The notes under the pieces are model-generated. The model ran no database searches and was not told where the DNA came from. It saw only the letters and a list, made by a program, of their open reading frames with translations. This document shows positions 1 through 13,400 of a DNA stretch of 64,000 nucleotides, in pieces (position 1 is the first letter of the stretch; each line of letters begins with the position of its first letter). Origin of the DNA: Dipteris shenzhenensis (lineage: Eukaryota); assembly GCA_047967505.1 (NCBI GenBank), contig CM106538.1; one strand, 5' to 3'. Position numbers and translations under genes: made by a program.

Positions 1-2729
1 GTAAATTTTCCCCATGAAGGTTCCCAAGTTTTGTAGGTTGCAAACAAGAATTGTACAATAAAAACCAAAATATATTTCTCTAAATGCTTTCTTAATAATG
101 ATGTCTTTTGAAACTCTCATAAAGTGTGGTACATTGTTCTTTTCTTAATCCATGCCACCCATAAGAGATCTCAAAATATTTATCTTCATTCATTAAGCAT
201 TTTCATTTATGTTTGGTAAGCTTTGAGTGCTCTTGAGCTTGTTGCTCCTTGTGGTGCTTAAGAGCATGACTGATCTGAGATGCATGGCAAATTATTAATG
301 ATTTCTCAAAATCTTTTAAAGAAACCAAAAAAACTTGTATAGATAATTGATACCTTTTTAGACCAGGGTTCTCACCCTTTTTTTTGTGATGCTTGAATGC
401 TCCCTTTCTTTCTTTGACAATTGATCCCTTTTTAGACCGCGGTTCTCATCCTTTTTCGTGGCGCTTGAGATTTGTGCATATACTATATGCTACCATTCTT
501 TATTTCTTGGTATGTTTGCATTACTTCCACAGTCTAATGAAATGGAAATGGCTTGCAAAATATTCATCACTTTCTACTCATTTTCTCTTTGTACAAAGTG
601 AACCTCAAATCTAGTGTAATTATCCCATGAAATGTAATTTTCTTATTGTCAGCATTACTTCTGTGTGTATGGAAAAGTAGCTTTCCAACCATGAAATGGC
701 CATATATCTCATGCACCCCATTAGATATGGTTTGAAGAATCTCATACTCTTTATACATGTGCCAGCTTTGCATCCCCTAAATATGAATGCTTTTAGAAGA
801 TGCTTTATAAATTTTCATACTCCCAACATAATACTTGACTGGCTCATTTTTTAAAGCGGCAATTGTTGCATTTAATTATTAATTTTGATCCTCATAATGC
901 AAACCAAGATACTATGTCCTTCTGGCTCTAAACCTTCTCACCCCAATGCTTCCTAAATTATTTGTGGTGCTAGTTTCACTCAATAGATAACAAAGAAGTC
1001 ATCCTCATCCTCCTCAACACATAACTAGTGCACCTTTTATCAATGTGCAACCTCTTCTTTCTTGAGTGCCTTGACCAAGGAGATTCATTACATTCAACCA
1101 TAGTAAATCAAAAGATTCTTTTCAGTTTCCTTCAAGGTTGTATTTAATGTCAATAATATTTTAAGGAATCTTAAAATATGTAAAATACATACAAATTCCA
1201 TAGCATGCTAATCCAATTTCAAGGATTGGATTAGTGAGTCCTTGCATCCTAACTCAATCCCAAGGATCAGATTGGAGTACTACTTCATGGTAATCTGATC
1301 CTCAAGGTTAGATGTTTGAATTTGCACCCTGAGATTAGATCATTATTACTTCATTTTGTAACGAGTTTGTAATTTAGGTCTCTTTTTACATGAAAATAAA
1401 TCTTTAGATGTATTTAGGAGGTACTGCAAATCTTTTCAATTGGCATCTAGATATGGTCCAATTTGGGATCTACAAGATGATGTTTTGTCAATGTGGGAGA
1501 AAGTGAGATAAAGGGCGAGAAGCAAACGCACTCAAAGGATCATCCAGACACCTTTCTGAAGGGAAAGGGCCACAAATTAGATGTGGTCAAAGATACTCTC
1601 AAATGAGATGAAGATCACATTTTGGAGATCAATCCACGGTGTGAAGGATGAGAAAATTTTCTAATCTACTTTATCACAAGTAAGGGCAAGTAATTCATCT
1701 TGATGAAACGTCCCATCATTTTGAGTAAGTTTTTTGTTTTCTTTATTGTTTCTTGTTGTAAATGTAGTTTCCTTTACCTAAGATTGTCTTGTCTTAGGGG
1801 CTTGATGGATGATGAAAAGCCAAGCTTGGTTTTAAAATCAAGCTTACCAAGCTTGATTCTAAAACAGAGCTTGATGATCATCCCTACTTCCACTAATTTT
1901 TGGCAACCCAAAACCCCATATTCTCGTATTCACCGTTTGATGACCTAACTACAATAAAATCATTGACATTTATACCAACTTTTGGCATGAGCTCTCTCTT
2001 TTCTCCACAAGGTCCACTAAAAGGACATGATAGTAGCGACTTGAATTACTATAATATCCCATTCTTTTTTCGTACAATTGGTATACAATATATTGTTATT
2101 AGTATACAATATATTCTTTTTTTCTCCACATGGTCCACTAAATGGATGTGAAAGTAGCGACTTGAAGTACTATAATCTCCCATTCTTTTTTTGTACAATT
2201 AGTATACAATATATTGTTATCATATTATTCATCCTAGCTCTTAGCTCATACTATATTTCCTCGAATGCCATGGCTCTCCCGTGATGATCCATACATCCAA
2301 TACTTTTTCACAACAGGACTTGAGACTCTTTTGGACTTGCCACTCATACAAGACACATGCAAGCCAAAAGTGTCTCTCTCTAAAATATCATTACTCTTAT
2401 AGATTGGTTTCCATTCTACTAGGCATTCCTGGCAGCTGGCTTGCTAAGATCCTACCCAGAAACCTTTCTAGACCGCTAACTCTAATTGGACCACAATGCT
2501 GGCGATCCGTTGCCTATCCCTGTTGCTCAAAGACTCGCCGCTTGGCGCTTGGTTGCTTGATAGGCCAACTAAAGTATTATGTTGCCTTGTGCCTGGGTCT
2601 AGTTCCATGTCAACCAGGGGTCAACATTTCACCTTGCCTCATTTATACCACTTCTAGGCTAGGAGAATGGGTGATTGGCACACTGGCAGAAAATGTTGCC
2701 ACAGACCGACATTCTTGGTCGTAGCTATC

Positions 2730-4700
2730 TCTAGTAATTTGCATGAGCCAAGGGAGGGACCCAAAATACTCTAGTAGAGTTGAGGCAGTTGGGCGAGGTA
2801 CTCATGTATGATGTGCATGATAGTTCGGCATTCGATCTTGCATATGGGGCTGCTTTGATCTCCACCAACCTGTCAAACTCGTGTGTAGCCCAATCATAAA
2901 AAGAGACTTTTATAGGTAGATACTCTAAGGGGATGACCATTTGATAAAAAACTAGGGCACAAAAGGGGGTTTTAATACCCACATTTGGGATCCAATAGGT
3001 GACTCATAAGTCTTCTCTACTGCCAGGGCCTGCAAAATATAAGTCGACGTATAAAAGGCCATGGGAAAAACTTCTACATGACATCAACAAGGCATGGGAA
3101 ATTGAAGCTTCAGAAACATGTTGAGTACAATGTGCCCGGGTGGCACCTAGAGTTGGAGTTTGTTGGGAGCCCACCATCTTTGACTCAAAAGTGCGAGTAG
3201 TCTTGCCAGGGGTAGGTGCTGCAGAGGGGGTACCTGAGGTTGCTTATCCTCCCTGGGTTACTTGGTCATCATCATCGTCGGGGTCATGTCTCGGCCTTTT
3301 TCTTGGATTCTCATCATGCAGCATTTGGAGCATCCTCTTGATCCTTTTTAGCATGCGAAGGCAGTCTTCATAGTCCTAATTGAGCTATCGGAGCTCCACG
3401 ATCTTAGCTTGGAGCCTTGTAATCTTAATAGGCAATGTTTGTTGATGCTTGGGTGGCCTCTAAGTCTCTGATGGACTACCGGTGCGTGTGGTTCCGCTCT
3501 CTAAGATGCTCAATCCTTTGCTTGGCTTTGGCTGCAACTTCTTGTCCTCCTGCTACAACTGTAAGGTAATATGCTCTACCTTTAACTTCTCATTGCTCTT
3601 TGCCAAAGCTTGGAACACCACATTCAATTCGTCATCTCCACTTGAAGGCACGATAGAGTTGGTCCACGGTGATGAGGGAGTCACCCATAAAAAATAATAC
3701 ATTCACACCCTAGCATTTGGGATCACCTCAAGGAGGAAATGCAAGTTGGGCCACTAATATTCATTGGCCCATCTAAGGCTGCTCTCAAGGGCAAAGAGGT
3801 TGATTGCTTGTGGGCTTCGGACAAATATAAATAGTTGGTGGACATACTTGTGGAGTGTGGGCCAAGGGGACCTGGACTAGTCACAAAAGAAATAGGAGTG
3901 GGTTCAGAGACTTCAATGGTAGTAATGGGGTCAGTGAAAACTGCAGTGGTGGTGGCAATAGTGGTACCAGTCACCCATTTGTTGTGCTCAATAGTATCAA
4001 TGTAACTGAAGCTTGAGACAAAAGAGAAAGGAGCAGTGACTAGAGGGACGACCAAGGTGGTGGTAGCAACGAAAGTAGGAGTAGTGGATAGAGATGTAAC
4101 AGAGGGAGTGGAGACACTGCCTGAGACTAGTGTTGAGATAGCCATCGTGACAATGGTGTGGAGACAGTTGTTGTGACAGTGGTAGAGGCAGAAGGCAAAA
4201 CGGCTGCAGTGATGCTAGAAGAACTGGAGGCAGCCGTGGTAGGGGAGGAAAGGCCAACCAAGGTGGAACTGTAGGGAGAGACTGAGGCAGACACTGATGT
4301 GCACATACTAGTGAGGATTGTGCCCGAGGCAAAGGCAGGTGGGATAGGCATCCAAGCAATGACACTGTGGTGGGAGGAGTAGGCTATGGGACCTGAGTCG
4401 GTGGTGGAGCATACATAGAGGAGGGCTAATCTTGTTGTGGGCTTGCCCTCGGCCACCTTCTTGAGTTGTTGATTAAATGCCTTTGTGAAGATGTTGAGAC
4501 AATCTACTAGCAAACTTGTTCTAGATGTCGTTCTTGTAGCCAAATGAACAAAATTGCATGTGCTTTTCTTTAAGGCAGATGAAATAAAAAATAAAACGGA
4601 AGAAAGGGCAAACTTGTGGATCAACTGACCTATTAATGGTATAGCCCTAAGATATGGGGTAGGTATCCACCAGCTCAAAATAAGTGTCACAAGTGGTGTG
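2730..4700 (-). pseudogene. Degenerate accessory ORF downstream of gypsy pol (Ser/Thr-rich low-complexity middle)
   Basis: Fragmented minus-strand frames (4127-4690, 3723-4145, 2731-2982), on the same strand as and 3' of the gypsy integrase remnant; no recognisable domain. Confidence 0.3.
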
Positions 4701-5389
4701 ATCCATAAGCGGAGTTGAAATCAGGCTTGCTAGAAGTAGAAATATAGCTCCATATAATTAGTAAGTGAGAGGAATACAAGGCTTGTCAAAGAAAAAAAAA
4801 TCCTAAGTGAGAGGAATATAGCGCCCCCGTCAAAGAAAAAATTGGTTGTCATTGATGATATACATGTTCATAATACCCTGGACAACATTGACATTCCAAA
4901 CTTCTGCCAATGGAAGAGAGGCAAAGTGGGAGATATGGTTCTGCCACAGCTGAATCAAGAGGCTCTTGAGTAGCATCAATGGGATGTGGAGCTTGGAACC
5001 AAGGATAGACATGGTGAGAAGTAGATGGGGTAGAGGTTGAAGCACTGTGGGCAGAAGACGTAGCAGCAACAAAAGTATTTAACTGAGAGGATCCATGCTG
5101 GGAGGACTAGATGAGGTGGCATAGGCCATGAGAACAAGAGCACATAGGCATGAAGGGAGCAGGATTGTGAGGAAGCTAGAGAGCTAGAAGATGAAGCCAA
5201 CAATGCACAATAAGAAAGTGTATATTGTGAAGATTCATCTTTCTTTAGCTTGCATGCTACAACCAATAGTGTGGATTCCTACACCAATCATTTAGTGGAA
5301 CATAAGTGCAGTCTTGGACTCTTTAAACCCCATGTTCAATTCATAATCTACTAGATCAAATATGTCATTAATAGTTGATGTGTCCATTG

Positions 5390-7545
5390 AACAATCTACA
5401 TATTAGATCGAGGAGCACTAACCAAGTATGCCTTTTCTTAGTATAGCTTGATTAGTCTCCCATTAAATAATAACTTGAGAATCACAAACACTTCAATAAG
5501 CAGGTATGGTCCATCCCAACCAAGCTTCAGGTTTATCTTTAGAGGGCTAAGCTTGGCATTTTAAAGGAGAACCAACATCTCCTTCTTAAGATGCTTCAAT
5601 GTGCCTGTTGTGCCAAGCTTTTTGTCGTCATTGGATGACATATTGTGACCAAGCTGCTCAAAGCCCAAATTCATCTAGCCATTACACCTCGAGTAATAAG
5701 TCATGACAGTTGCATACATCACCCTTGTGCCTTTGGGCCAAGTTATCTCTCAATGCCTTGGCCTCAACCCACTTGGTGGTGTTCTTACTCTATGTGTATG
5801 GAATGGTCTTGAATAGACCCATAAAATCTAACCCCCATCTTTGGAAAGCTTACCAAGGCTGGCTTGGTTGAAGAGGCATATGACCTTTAGGAAGCAATTG
5901 GCCTATTCACTAGACGCATCTACATGACCATGGATGATAACATCCCACCTAGGTTGGGAATGGGTGTCTCAATGCAGCTCATTTCTTCAAGTCATGGAAA
6001 TCTCTAGCCAATTCCTCAGTCCATTGAATTTGGTATCCTTCTTGGTCATTTCATACAATGGACCAGCAATTTTTGCAAAATCTTTAATAAACCTTCTATA
6101 AAAACTGATAAATTCCACAAATGACCTAAGTTGTGAGTAAGGCTCTTGAGCTCAAGCATTTTCTCAATCGCTTTGATTTTACCTAGCTCAGTTCAAATGC
6201 CATCTTGGGAAATTACATGGCCAAGCAATATACCAACACGGGCATAGAAATACTTTTAGCTGGGTTGAGAGATATGCCTACTTCTCTACATCTGTCAAAG
6301 ATTATGCCAAGCTACATGAAATGCTTGGTCACTTTTGAGTACACACAAAAATCATATGGGTAGACGGCAATGAACTCAGCGAGGTAGTGTCAGAAGGTAT
6401 CAACCATTATCCTTTGAAAGGTAGAGGGTGCATTTCGCAACCCAAAAGGCATAAACACCCCATTCTGTAATGAATGTTGTTTTTAATTGATCTTTAGGTG
6501 CAATGGATATCTAGTTATAGCCATTGTAGCCATCCATGAATGAATACATCTCATGTCCTATAACTTGGTCCATAATATCTTTAGGTGCAATGGATATCTA
6601 GTTATAGCCATTGTAGCCATCCATGAATGAGTACATCTCATGTCCTATAACTTGGTCTAGGATCCCATCAGTGAATGAAAATGGAAAATTGGAAATGGAT
6701 TTGGAACCGTTTGGGCATTAAGATTCTGATAGTCCACACAAACTCGGAGCTTTCCATTCTTCTTTGGTACCACAACTATTAGAAATAGCCAATCACTTTG
6801 ACCAATGGCATGAATAAATCCTGCCTTAATCAACTTATCCAATTCAGCTTTGACCTATTTGGCATAGTTTGGATTCATCTGGTTTTGTTGTCGTTGAACG
6901 GGCTAAGCATCTGGCACCAAAGGTATTTGTTGTTGACAGACTATTGGTGGTAAGTTCCAAGTAGGTTTGTATAACTTCATGCAAATAGATCATTATATTA
7001 CAAAAATTAATCCTTAAGCGCTTGGAGATGATCACCGAGTAAGTGTGCACTTACAGTCACTCTCCATGTATCTTCTTCACTTCCTAAATTGACTTCTTAT
7101 GTTGGCTCTAGAATCAGATGTTTTGAACCAAGGCAAGTAATAATGAGACTGGCTACTCAGCAAGTTCTCTTTCACCAACCAGGTCCTCGATGAAATTGGT
7201 TGGATAGAAATGCTACTACTCAGCCAATTTCTTAGCCTTTATCTTTCCCTTGAGCTCAACGACAACCTAGAATACATCAATCTCGCCTACTCATAAGATC
7301 TGCATCTCCATTAACCATGTCTCAATATCCTATAGAAATTGGTCTAGTACTTCCAAGTTTGTTGGAAGCACCTACTTGCTCGGTATCCTACTTGGATTAG
7401 TAGGATAGCCCTTTTAATGGTCATCAAATTAGAACCCCAATCATGCATTACCTTTGAACTTTTAAGCCTAGATTGACCCAAGATTGGGTATCCATTTCCT
7501 TCCATAGGTATGATTAATAGGCTTACTATGTAATGAATTCCACCA
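5390..7545 (-). mobile_element. Decayed Ty3/gypsy pol (protease-RT-partial RNase H-integrase)
   Basis: Protease-like GYPILGQSRLK; RT motifs IVVVPKKNGKLRVCVDYQNLN, YSFMDGYNGYN and MPFGLRNAPSTFQR; integrase motifs WGLDFMG, TKWVEAKAL and WDGPY. RT precedes INT (gypsy order). Many stops and frameshifts, and a short tandem duplication at ~6492-6657. Confidence 0.85.
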
Positions 7546-7552
7546 ATTGTAA

Positions 7553-7606
7553 TACATACATACATACGTACGTACGTATGCACGTACGTACACACACACA
7601 CACACA
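7553..7606. repeat. Compound microsatellite (TACA/TACG/CA)n
   Basis: tacatacatacatacgtacgtacgtatgcacgtacgtacacacacacacacaca. Confidence 0.8.
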
Positions 7607-8127
7607 TCTTTCTTGCCTTTTTTGTTGTCCTCACCTTCTATTGGCCCCCTCCACTCCACCACCTCAACGATGCCAAAATCTTGTACAACGTCCCTGCGGC
7701 TTCAACGCATCAGATGTTGCATCTCATGTGCCAAGGCATGGTGGACGTAGTCATGTGCTTGAACTTGATACATCACAGATAAGACTTTTAAGGAATGCTC
7801 CACCCCACTCTACAATGAATGCTATGCAAGCTTCTAAATTAGCTATAAACCTAGGGAACAAGGATATCTATATCAAGAAGCACATTGCTAAGGCCTACAT
7901 AAATCGACTACAAAATGCATATTTTCCATGAAGGTATAAATGCCAACTTTTTCTTTGTTTTGGTATCAAGTCACTCTTTATGGTTTATTGGAGATAATTG
8001 AACTTGTCTTTTTTCATGTAGAGAGAGAAACAATCAAACCATGCTTGAGTAATTACATAACATAACATAATTTGCTTGGAACGTGGAAGTTTCCTATTCC
8101 TATCAATGAAGTGTTTTGGATCAAAAG

Positions 8128-8633
8128 TGTGGCTTTTGAGGTGCATGAGTCGACCATTGCAGGTTTTGGCCTAGGCTTATTTGTGAAATATCATCCAAGG
8201 GTAAAGAAGTAATCTATCCAAGAGGACCTACTATCTCTTTGAAGGATATGATGCACATTGTTGGTGATGCTTGGTATGGCAATGTGGATGGATTTATCAA
8301 CAGTAGTAGAAATGCAGATGCAAAGCCAAATGTTTGATATGTCTTTTCCCTTACTATTCCACCATGGTTTGACTCCATGATGAAAAAACATATTGTAAAA
8401 TATGGGCACATTTTTATTGAATCCATAAATGATATATGCGCAAGGGAGGTGCTATTTGCAGACTATGAGGTTTGATAAAGATGTATTCATTTTTGCTATG
8501 TATTTTCCCCTAATAATCCACCATGGTTTGACTCCATGATGGAAAATATATTGCAAAATATGTGCACATTTTTATTGAATCCATAAATGATATATGTGTA
8601 CAGAAGGTGCTATTTGCAAACTATGAGTTTTGA
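8128..8633 (+). pseudogene. SET-domain gene remnant, paralogous to 62026-62434, with its 3' part tandemly duplicated (8497-8633)
   Basis: FEVHESTIAGFGLGLFV...HPRVKK*SIQED...VGDAWYGNVDGFINSSRNADAKPNV...GHIFIESINDICAREVLFADYEV*; aligns by eye at DNA level with 62026-62434. Confidence 0.8.
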
Positions 8634-11149
8634 TAAAGGTGTTATATTCATTTAACATTCATTACTAATCAAAATTCTTAGTTTCTTACCAATTTTGTAG
8701 TTTGGTGTCTAATTGTTATTACTATATGGTATTTGATTGGATAATATGTGAACAGGTCGAGGAAATGTTACAATTTTCATCACCCCTTGGATTATGGAGC
8801 ATTGGTACTGATTGCACTTTAGAATTTTTAAAATGGTGTGTATTAGTAGCACAAAGGGTTAGAGCATGATGGTGGATCCCTATGGGAGATTGTTCTTGGC
8901 TTTGAAACACAAGCCTTGCCAATGTAAAGGCTATCAAGATGTTTATGAAATGCAAGTCTTGCCAATGTAAAGGCTATCAAGGTCTTTATAAACACTAGTA
9001 AGGACCACAAGATGAGTCTTATTGAATCAAATGCTCTTGAAATACAACATAAAGGATGTCAAGATGTTTGCAAACACACTAAGGTTCATGATATGAGTCT
9101 CATCAAACCAAAGGTAAATGAAGTATACCTTTCTTGATTTACCAACTTCGTCTGTCTCCATGAGGAAAGTAGATATTGCAAAATATTGGTAGATCATATG
9201 TGTAGGAGAGGAGATGTGTATGTTGTCTGATTCGGTAATATGTGAATGCAACCAAGGCAATGTTACATTTTCATAGCCACTTTGGAAGAGTCTCCAGCAT
9301 CGTAGCTTCCATTTTTGCATCAACGAATTGTCACTACCACAAGACTTTATGCCAACTACAAATCTTGTCTCCTAATCATTTTGCACGTTTATCACCTAGG
9401 CAAACCTTGCACGGTTTGTGAATGATAATGTAGTTTATGCATTGATATTATATTCATGGAGTAAGAATGTACTTGATATTTCATACATTTTTGAATGAGA
9501 ATGTAATATACCTTACCTATTTCTCGTGTTTTTTAATGGAGAAAGCTATAATTTCTCCAAAAATTGTCATTCTAGGAATTTAGATTTTCCAAATTACCTA
9601 ATATGGTCTTAAACACTATTGATCACCATCTAAGAATTATGTATGATACTTTTATGAACCATATGTTCAAGAGATTCTCACAAAAAGTGGAGGACACTAT
9701 GGCCTACCAAAAACCAAGGCTAGAAGCCTCATGGAAGATGAAGCTTCAGCCAATTGGAGGGCTATTGGATACTATACAATGGTGGCCTTGACATTGTTGT
9801 TGCAAAGAATGAAAGAACTTGAATTTTACATTGGGAGTAGAATATTTTCCATTTCAAGAGAAACATGATGAATTTTGGACGATGGAGAAATGATCTTTCT
9901 CATGATGTAGTAAATGATGAATTGAAGAGGCTACATAGTTTGTGGATGTTTGGAAATACAATAGAGGAGTAGATCCCTAGGTTGCAAACATGGTGGAATG
10001 CAAGAACATCACACTGGAGAGAAGTTATGGAGAAGGTATTTATTATTTTGCAAGGGTAATTTCATGTTTTATGTGACATTGCAAGAAAAAGAAAAGTGAT
10101 TTGAAAACTAAACTATGTGACATGTGCAATGAATGGAAGATAGATATGCTATACCCTTGCAGAATTGATACACAGGAGTTGGGTTGCTGCTTAGAATGAG
10201 AAAAGAATTTTTTCTATATGCAACATGTGTCACAAACATGGCAATTGCTCTACTACAATCATCAAGCTATAAGTCATTCTTGTCAGGGAAATATGTCCTT
10301 GATCAAGAGATCTTAGGAGAACATAAGGACATAAGGACATAAGGACTATTTAAAACCAAAACTTATAGCATGGGAGACTAATCTCAGTGCAAAAGAGATA
10401 GGTGAAAAAATGAAAAGAGAATATCTTCATGGAGAGGTGAAAACAACTAGCAGAACATAAGGACTATTTGAAACCAAAACTTATAGCATTGGAGACTAAT
10501 CTTGTCGCAAAAGACAGACGTGAAAAAATGAAAAGAAAATTTCTTCATGGTGAAAACAACTAGCAAAAAAAGAGGAACTTCCTCTCGCACATTAGCTATG
10601 GTAACACTGATAACCATCGACCAAAGTATGTGTATATGACACGTAGACTGGAGAAAGTGCTGCTAGCAGAGAATCAGTTTTTCCAATAAAGGAGATTTAT
10701 GTAGAAGAGGTTGAGGTAACTATTTTATAGTGGGCAATACAAAGAAAAAAGGTTAATATATTGAGATTTATGTAGAAGAGGTAAATATTTTGAGGTGGGA
10801 AATACAAAGAACAAAGGTTAATAGCAAGGTGCATTACAATGGGTTTCTGCAACAAACAAGTAGTAAATGCGACAAATTAATTACAAGTTTAGCTTTGGAA
10901 AATTCAAAGGGTTGTGTAGATCAATCTTTTAGCAAGAGAGGGAAAACATGTATGGCGGTGAAAGAAGAAAAAGTTTGGTTCTATTTTGATGATGTACACC
11001 ATTCAGAGGACAATGAAGACAATAATTGGAATAGAATGTTGCTAAGGGCACTACATTAAGTACAATAGAAGTGCATGCCCTCACAAAAGTAGGATTTTCT
11101 TTGAATGGATTTGGGGCTTCTAAAAAACATGGGGGAACATCCACATTAC

Positions 11150-12050
11150 TTGAGATAATGTTGGAGATTCACAATCTTTTGCAACACAATTTAGTAAGAA
11201 ACACCAAACAATTATTGCAATAGTAGAGCATATGGAAGTTATAATAGAAAAGGTGGAGATGTTGCACTTTGTGATGAGAAGAAGAAGATTGAGCAAGATT
11301 GTAATGGAGATGGCGCTACACTCTAGAGTCTTTAGGTACCACTTTTGAAATTCTCCCCAACCAAAGCCCCAATTCATGTGGAATTTAAAGACCTCCCTTT
11401 GGCATTGTTCTCAATCACTTCGTGCCTAGGAATAATCAATTCCTGGGAATTGGCCAAGAACATTTTATAAGTCTGAGGGGGAATCTTCAAGCCTAGTGCT
11501 GATGGACTTATTAGTAGACCCTCCTAGAGCCATATAGTGTTGGAAGATGAGAGAGAAGGGAAGCTAGTACAAAAAAAGTTCTACAAAAATATTCCTAATT
11601 CCTTCTTCCTCTGTGGAAGGGGTGTTCATTTCATTAGAGACTACCCAAAGAGAGCTAGTAGAAGAAATGCAAGTGGGAACGGGGAGTAAAATAGGGAGAT
11701 TGAAGAGGAAAAGACAATGGCTAAAACCAAGGTACACTAGTAGGCACCCAAAACCCCTTAGAGAGAGGTTGCTACAGAGTTGTAGATAGGGAGTAGGTGC
11801 AAGAGACTGGCTATAACAGTGAGCAAGAGAGTGAAATGAAGGAAGAAGGGGAAGTAGAGAAGGGAATTGGAATCATCGAATCCCCCAACCCCTTTGAGAT
11901 TCTCCGCAAGAAATTAATGGTGATTTAGATGAGGATTTTGTCGAGGTAATGTCTTAACACTCAAAAGTAAAGAAAAAGGCTGACATTAAAAGAGTTGATG
12001 GGTTGGAGAATAATAAAGGAAGAAATCCATAAGGGGTATTAGCTTGACTC
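11150..12050 (+). mobile_element. Possible LINE ORF1 remnant
   Basis: Degenerate zinc knuckle (NIPNSFFLCGRGVHFIRDYPKR, ~11588-11652) followed by PNPFEIL (~11882); heavily decayed. Confidence 0.3.
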
Positions 12051-12299
12051 TAAGGGCCAACTCAATTTAAAAGAAAACCCAAAAAATGGTTTTGACCTAT
12101 GGGACAACAAGTACTAATTTTTTCTTTTTTGCGTCTAATTGTTTAGGGTCTTTCAATGACTTTAGACGTACCCTCTTGAGGAGATGCCTAAAGAGGTGAA
12201 CAAGTTATAAGCCAAAGCGTACAGCAATAATGGAAGAAGCTCAATTTGATGTAAGAGAATATCATTGTCTTGTTTCATCTAACTTTTGCATTCCAATGC

Positions 12300-13400
12300 A
12301 TCTGGTTTCTTCTTGCTGGTGGAATCTCTTCAAGAAGTACAAGGCTCTACTTGCTTCATCAAAAGTGATGAATGTGTCCTAAGGAGGCTCATCATCTGAT
12401 TGAGATTCAATCCATTCCCGGATTTCCATCGTTAAAGTTTGGTTTTGGAAACTCATCGTCCTGGACTTTAGAAACATTCTGTACTGGTTCACTCTACTTT
12501 TTAGGCAATTCAAATATTGTGTTTTCTTCAAGAACTAGCATCTCCCCCAATAGATTCTCTTGCAATGTCAGTTTTTCATGTTCTATCGTCTGGATTGTAT
12601 TGTTTAACTGCTTGCTATCTCTTGGTGCCTATCTCTTTGGAGTGGTTTCAATTCTTACTAATTTCACTGGTTTCTTAGGGGAAATTTTCCCCTATTTCCC
12701 TTGTTCTATATCTCTCACATGCAGGGGTTCTTGGAATCCTTTTCTCTTGTCCTCTACTACCACAATCTCATCCTCTGTATATCCGGCTTTCTTTAGCCAT
12801 TGCTCTGTATATATGACCTATACTCCGAGAAATGCCTTTGTTGCTGCCATAGCCTCCCCTTCAAAACATTTAGGGATGCATTGAAGTGGCCTGGGTGCAT
12901 TAGGGATGTTCACAAACAAGGCAAATAAGACTGAGCAGAGTTTATTGTGCACCAAACTCCGGCAATTGTCTTTGTTATTCACCTCCCCCATAATTCTATC
13001 ATAGAATAACTTTGCCCAATTTATTGGGTTACCAACCTCTATATAGTGCATCAAAGCACAATTATCTTGTGAAATATAGTTGTATTTGGTCAATAGCAAG
13101 ACCCTCTCCAAAAACCAGTAAAATCGCTCCTTTCTTTGGTCCACCTGTGCTTTTTACTAGGAAGTATCCCTTGGAATGGGCACAAGGGCCAAATTCCATG
13201 ATCATCACCTCATTCGAGATATATAAAAGGGCTTTAATTGAGGCATTGAGATCTAGAGGTAATTGGAAAAGTTTTGAAATTAACTCCACCGTGATAGGCA
13301 TATCCAGTGTTAAAAATTGACCGTCATTGCCTTCAAGAGTTGAAACTGCTCCTCCGCTTCCATGTTCACGTCCCACGTCCACTAGGGAGTTTATAGAACG
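12300..13400 (-). pseudogene. Degenerate retrotransposon accessory-type ORF (INWA motif)
   Basis: Frameshifted LDMPITVELISKLFQLP...ERFYWFLERVLL...GNPINWAKLFYDRIMGEV...LCSVLFALF, followed by a charged region. Confidence 0.4.

Noticed and set aside
8756-9110. Possible further SET-like exon (VFINTSKD)
   Set aside because: It is a single short motif in a frameshifted region, which is insufficient support.
345-10565. Small tandem duplications (~345-465, ~1998-2220, ~10336-10565)
   Set aside because: These are ordinary two-copy local duplications in decayed DNA with no further structure.
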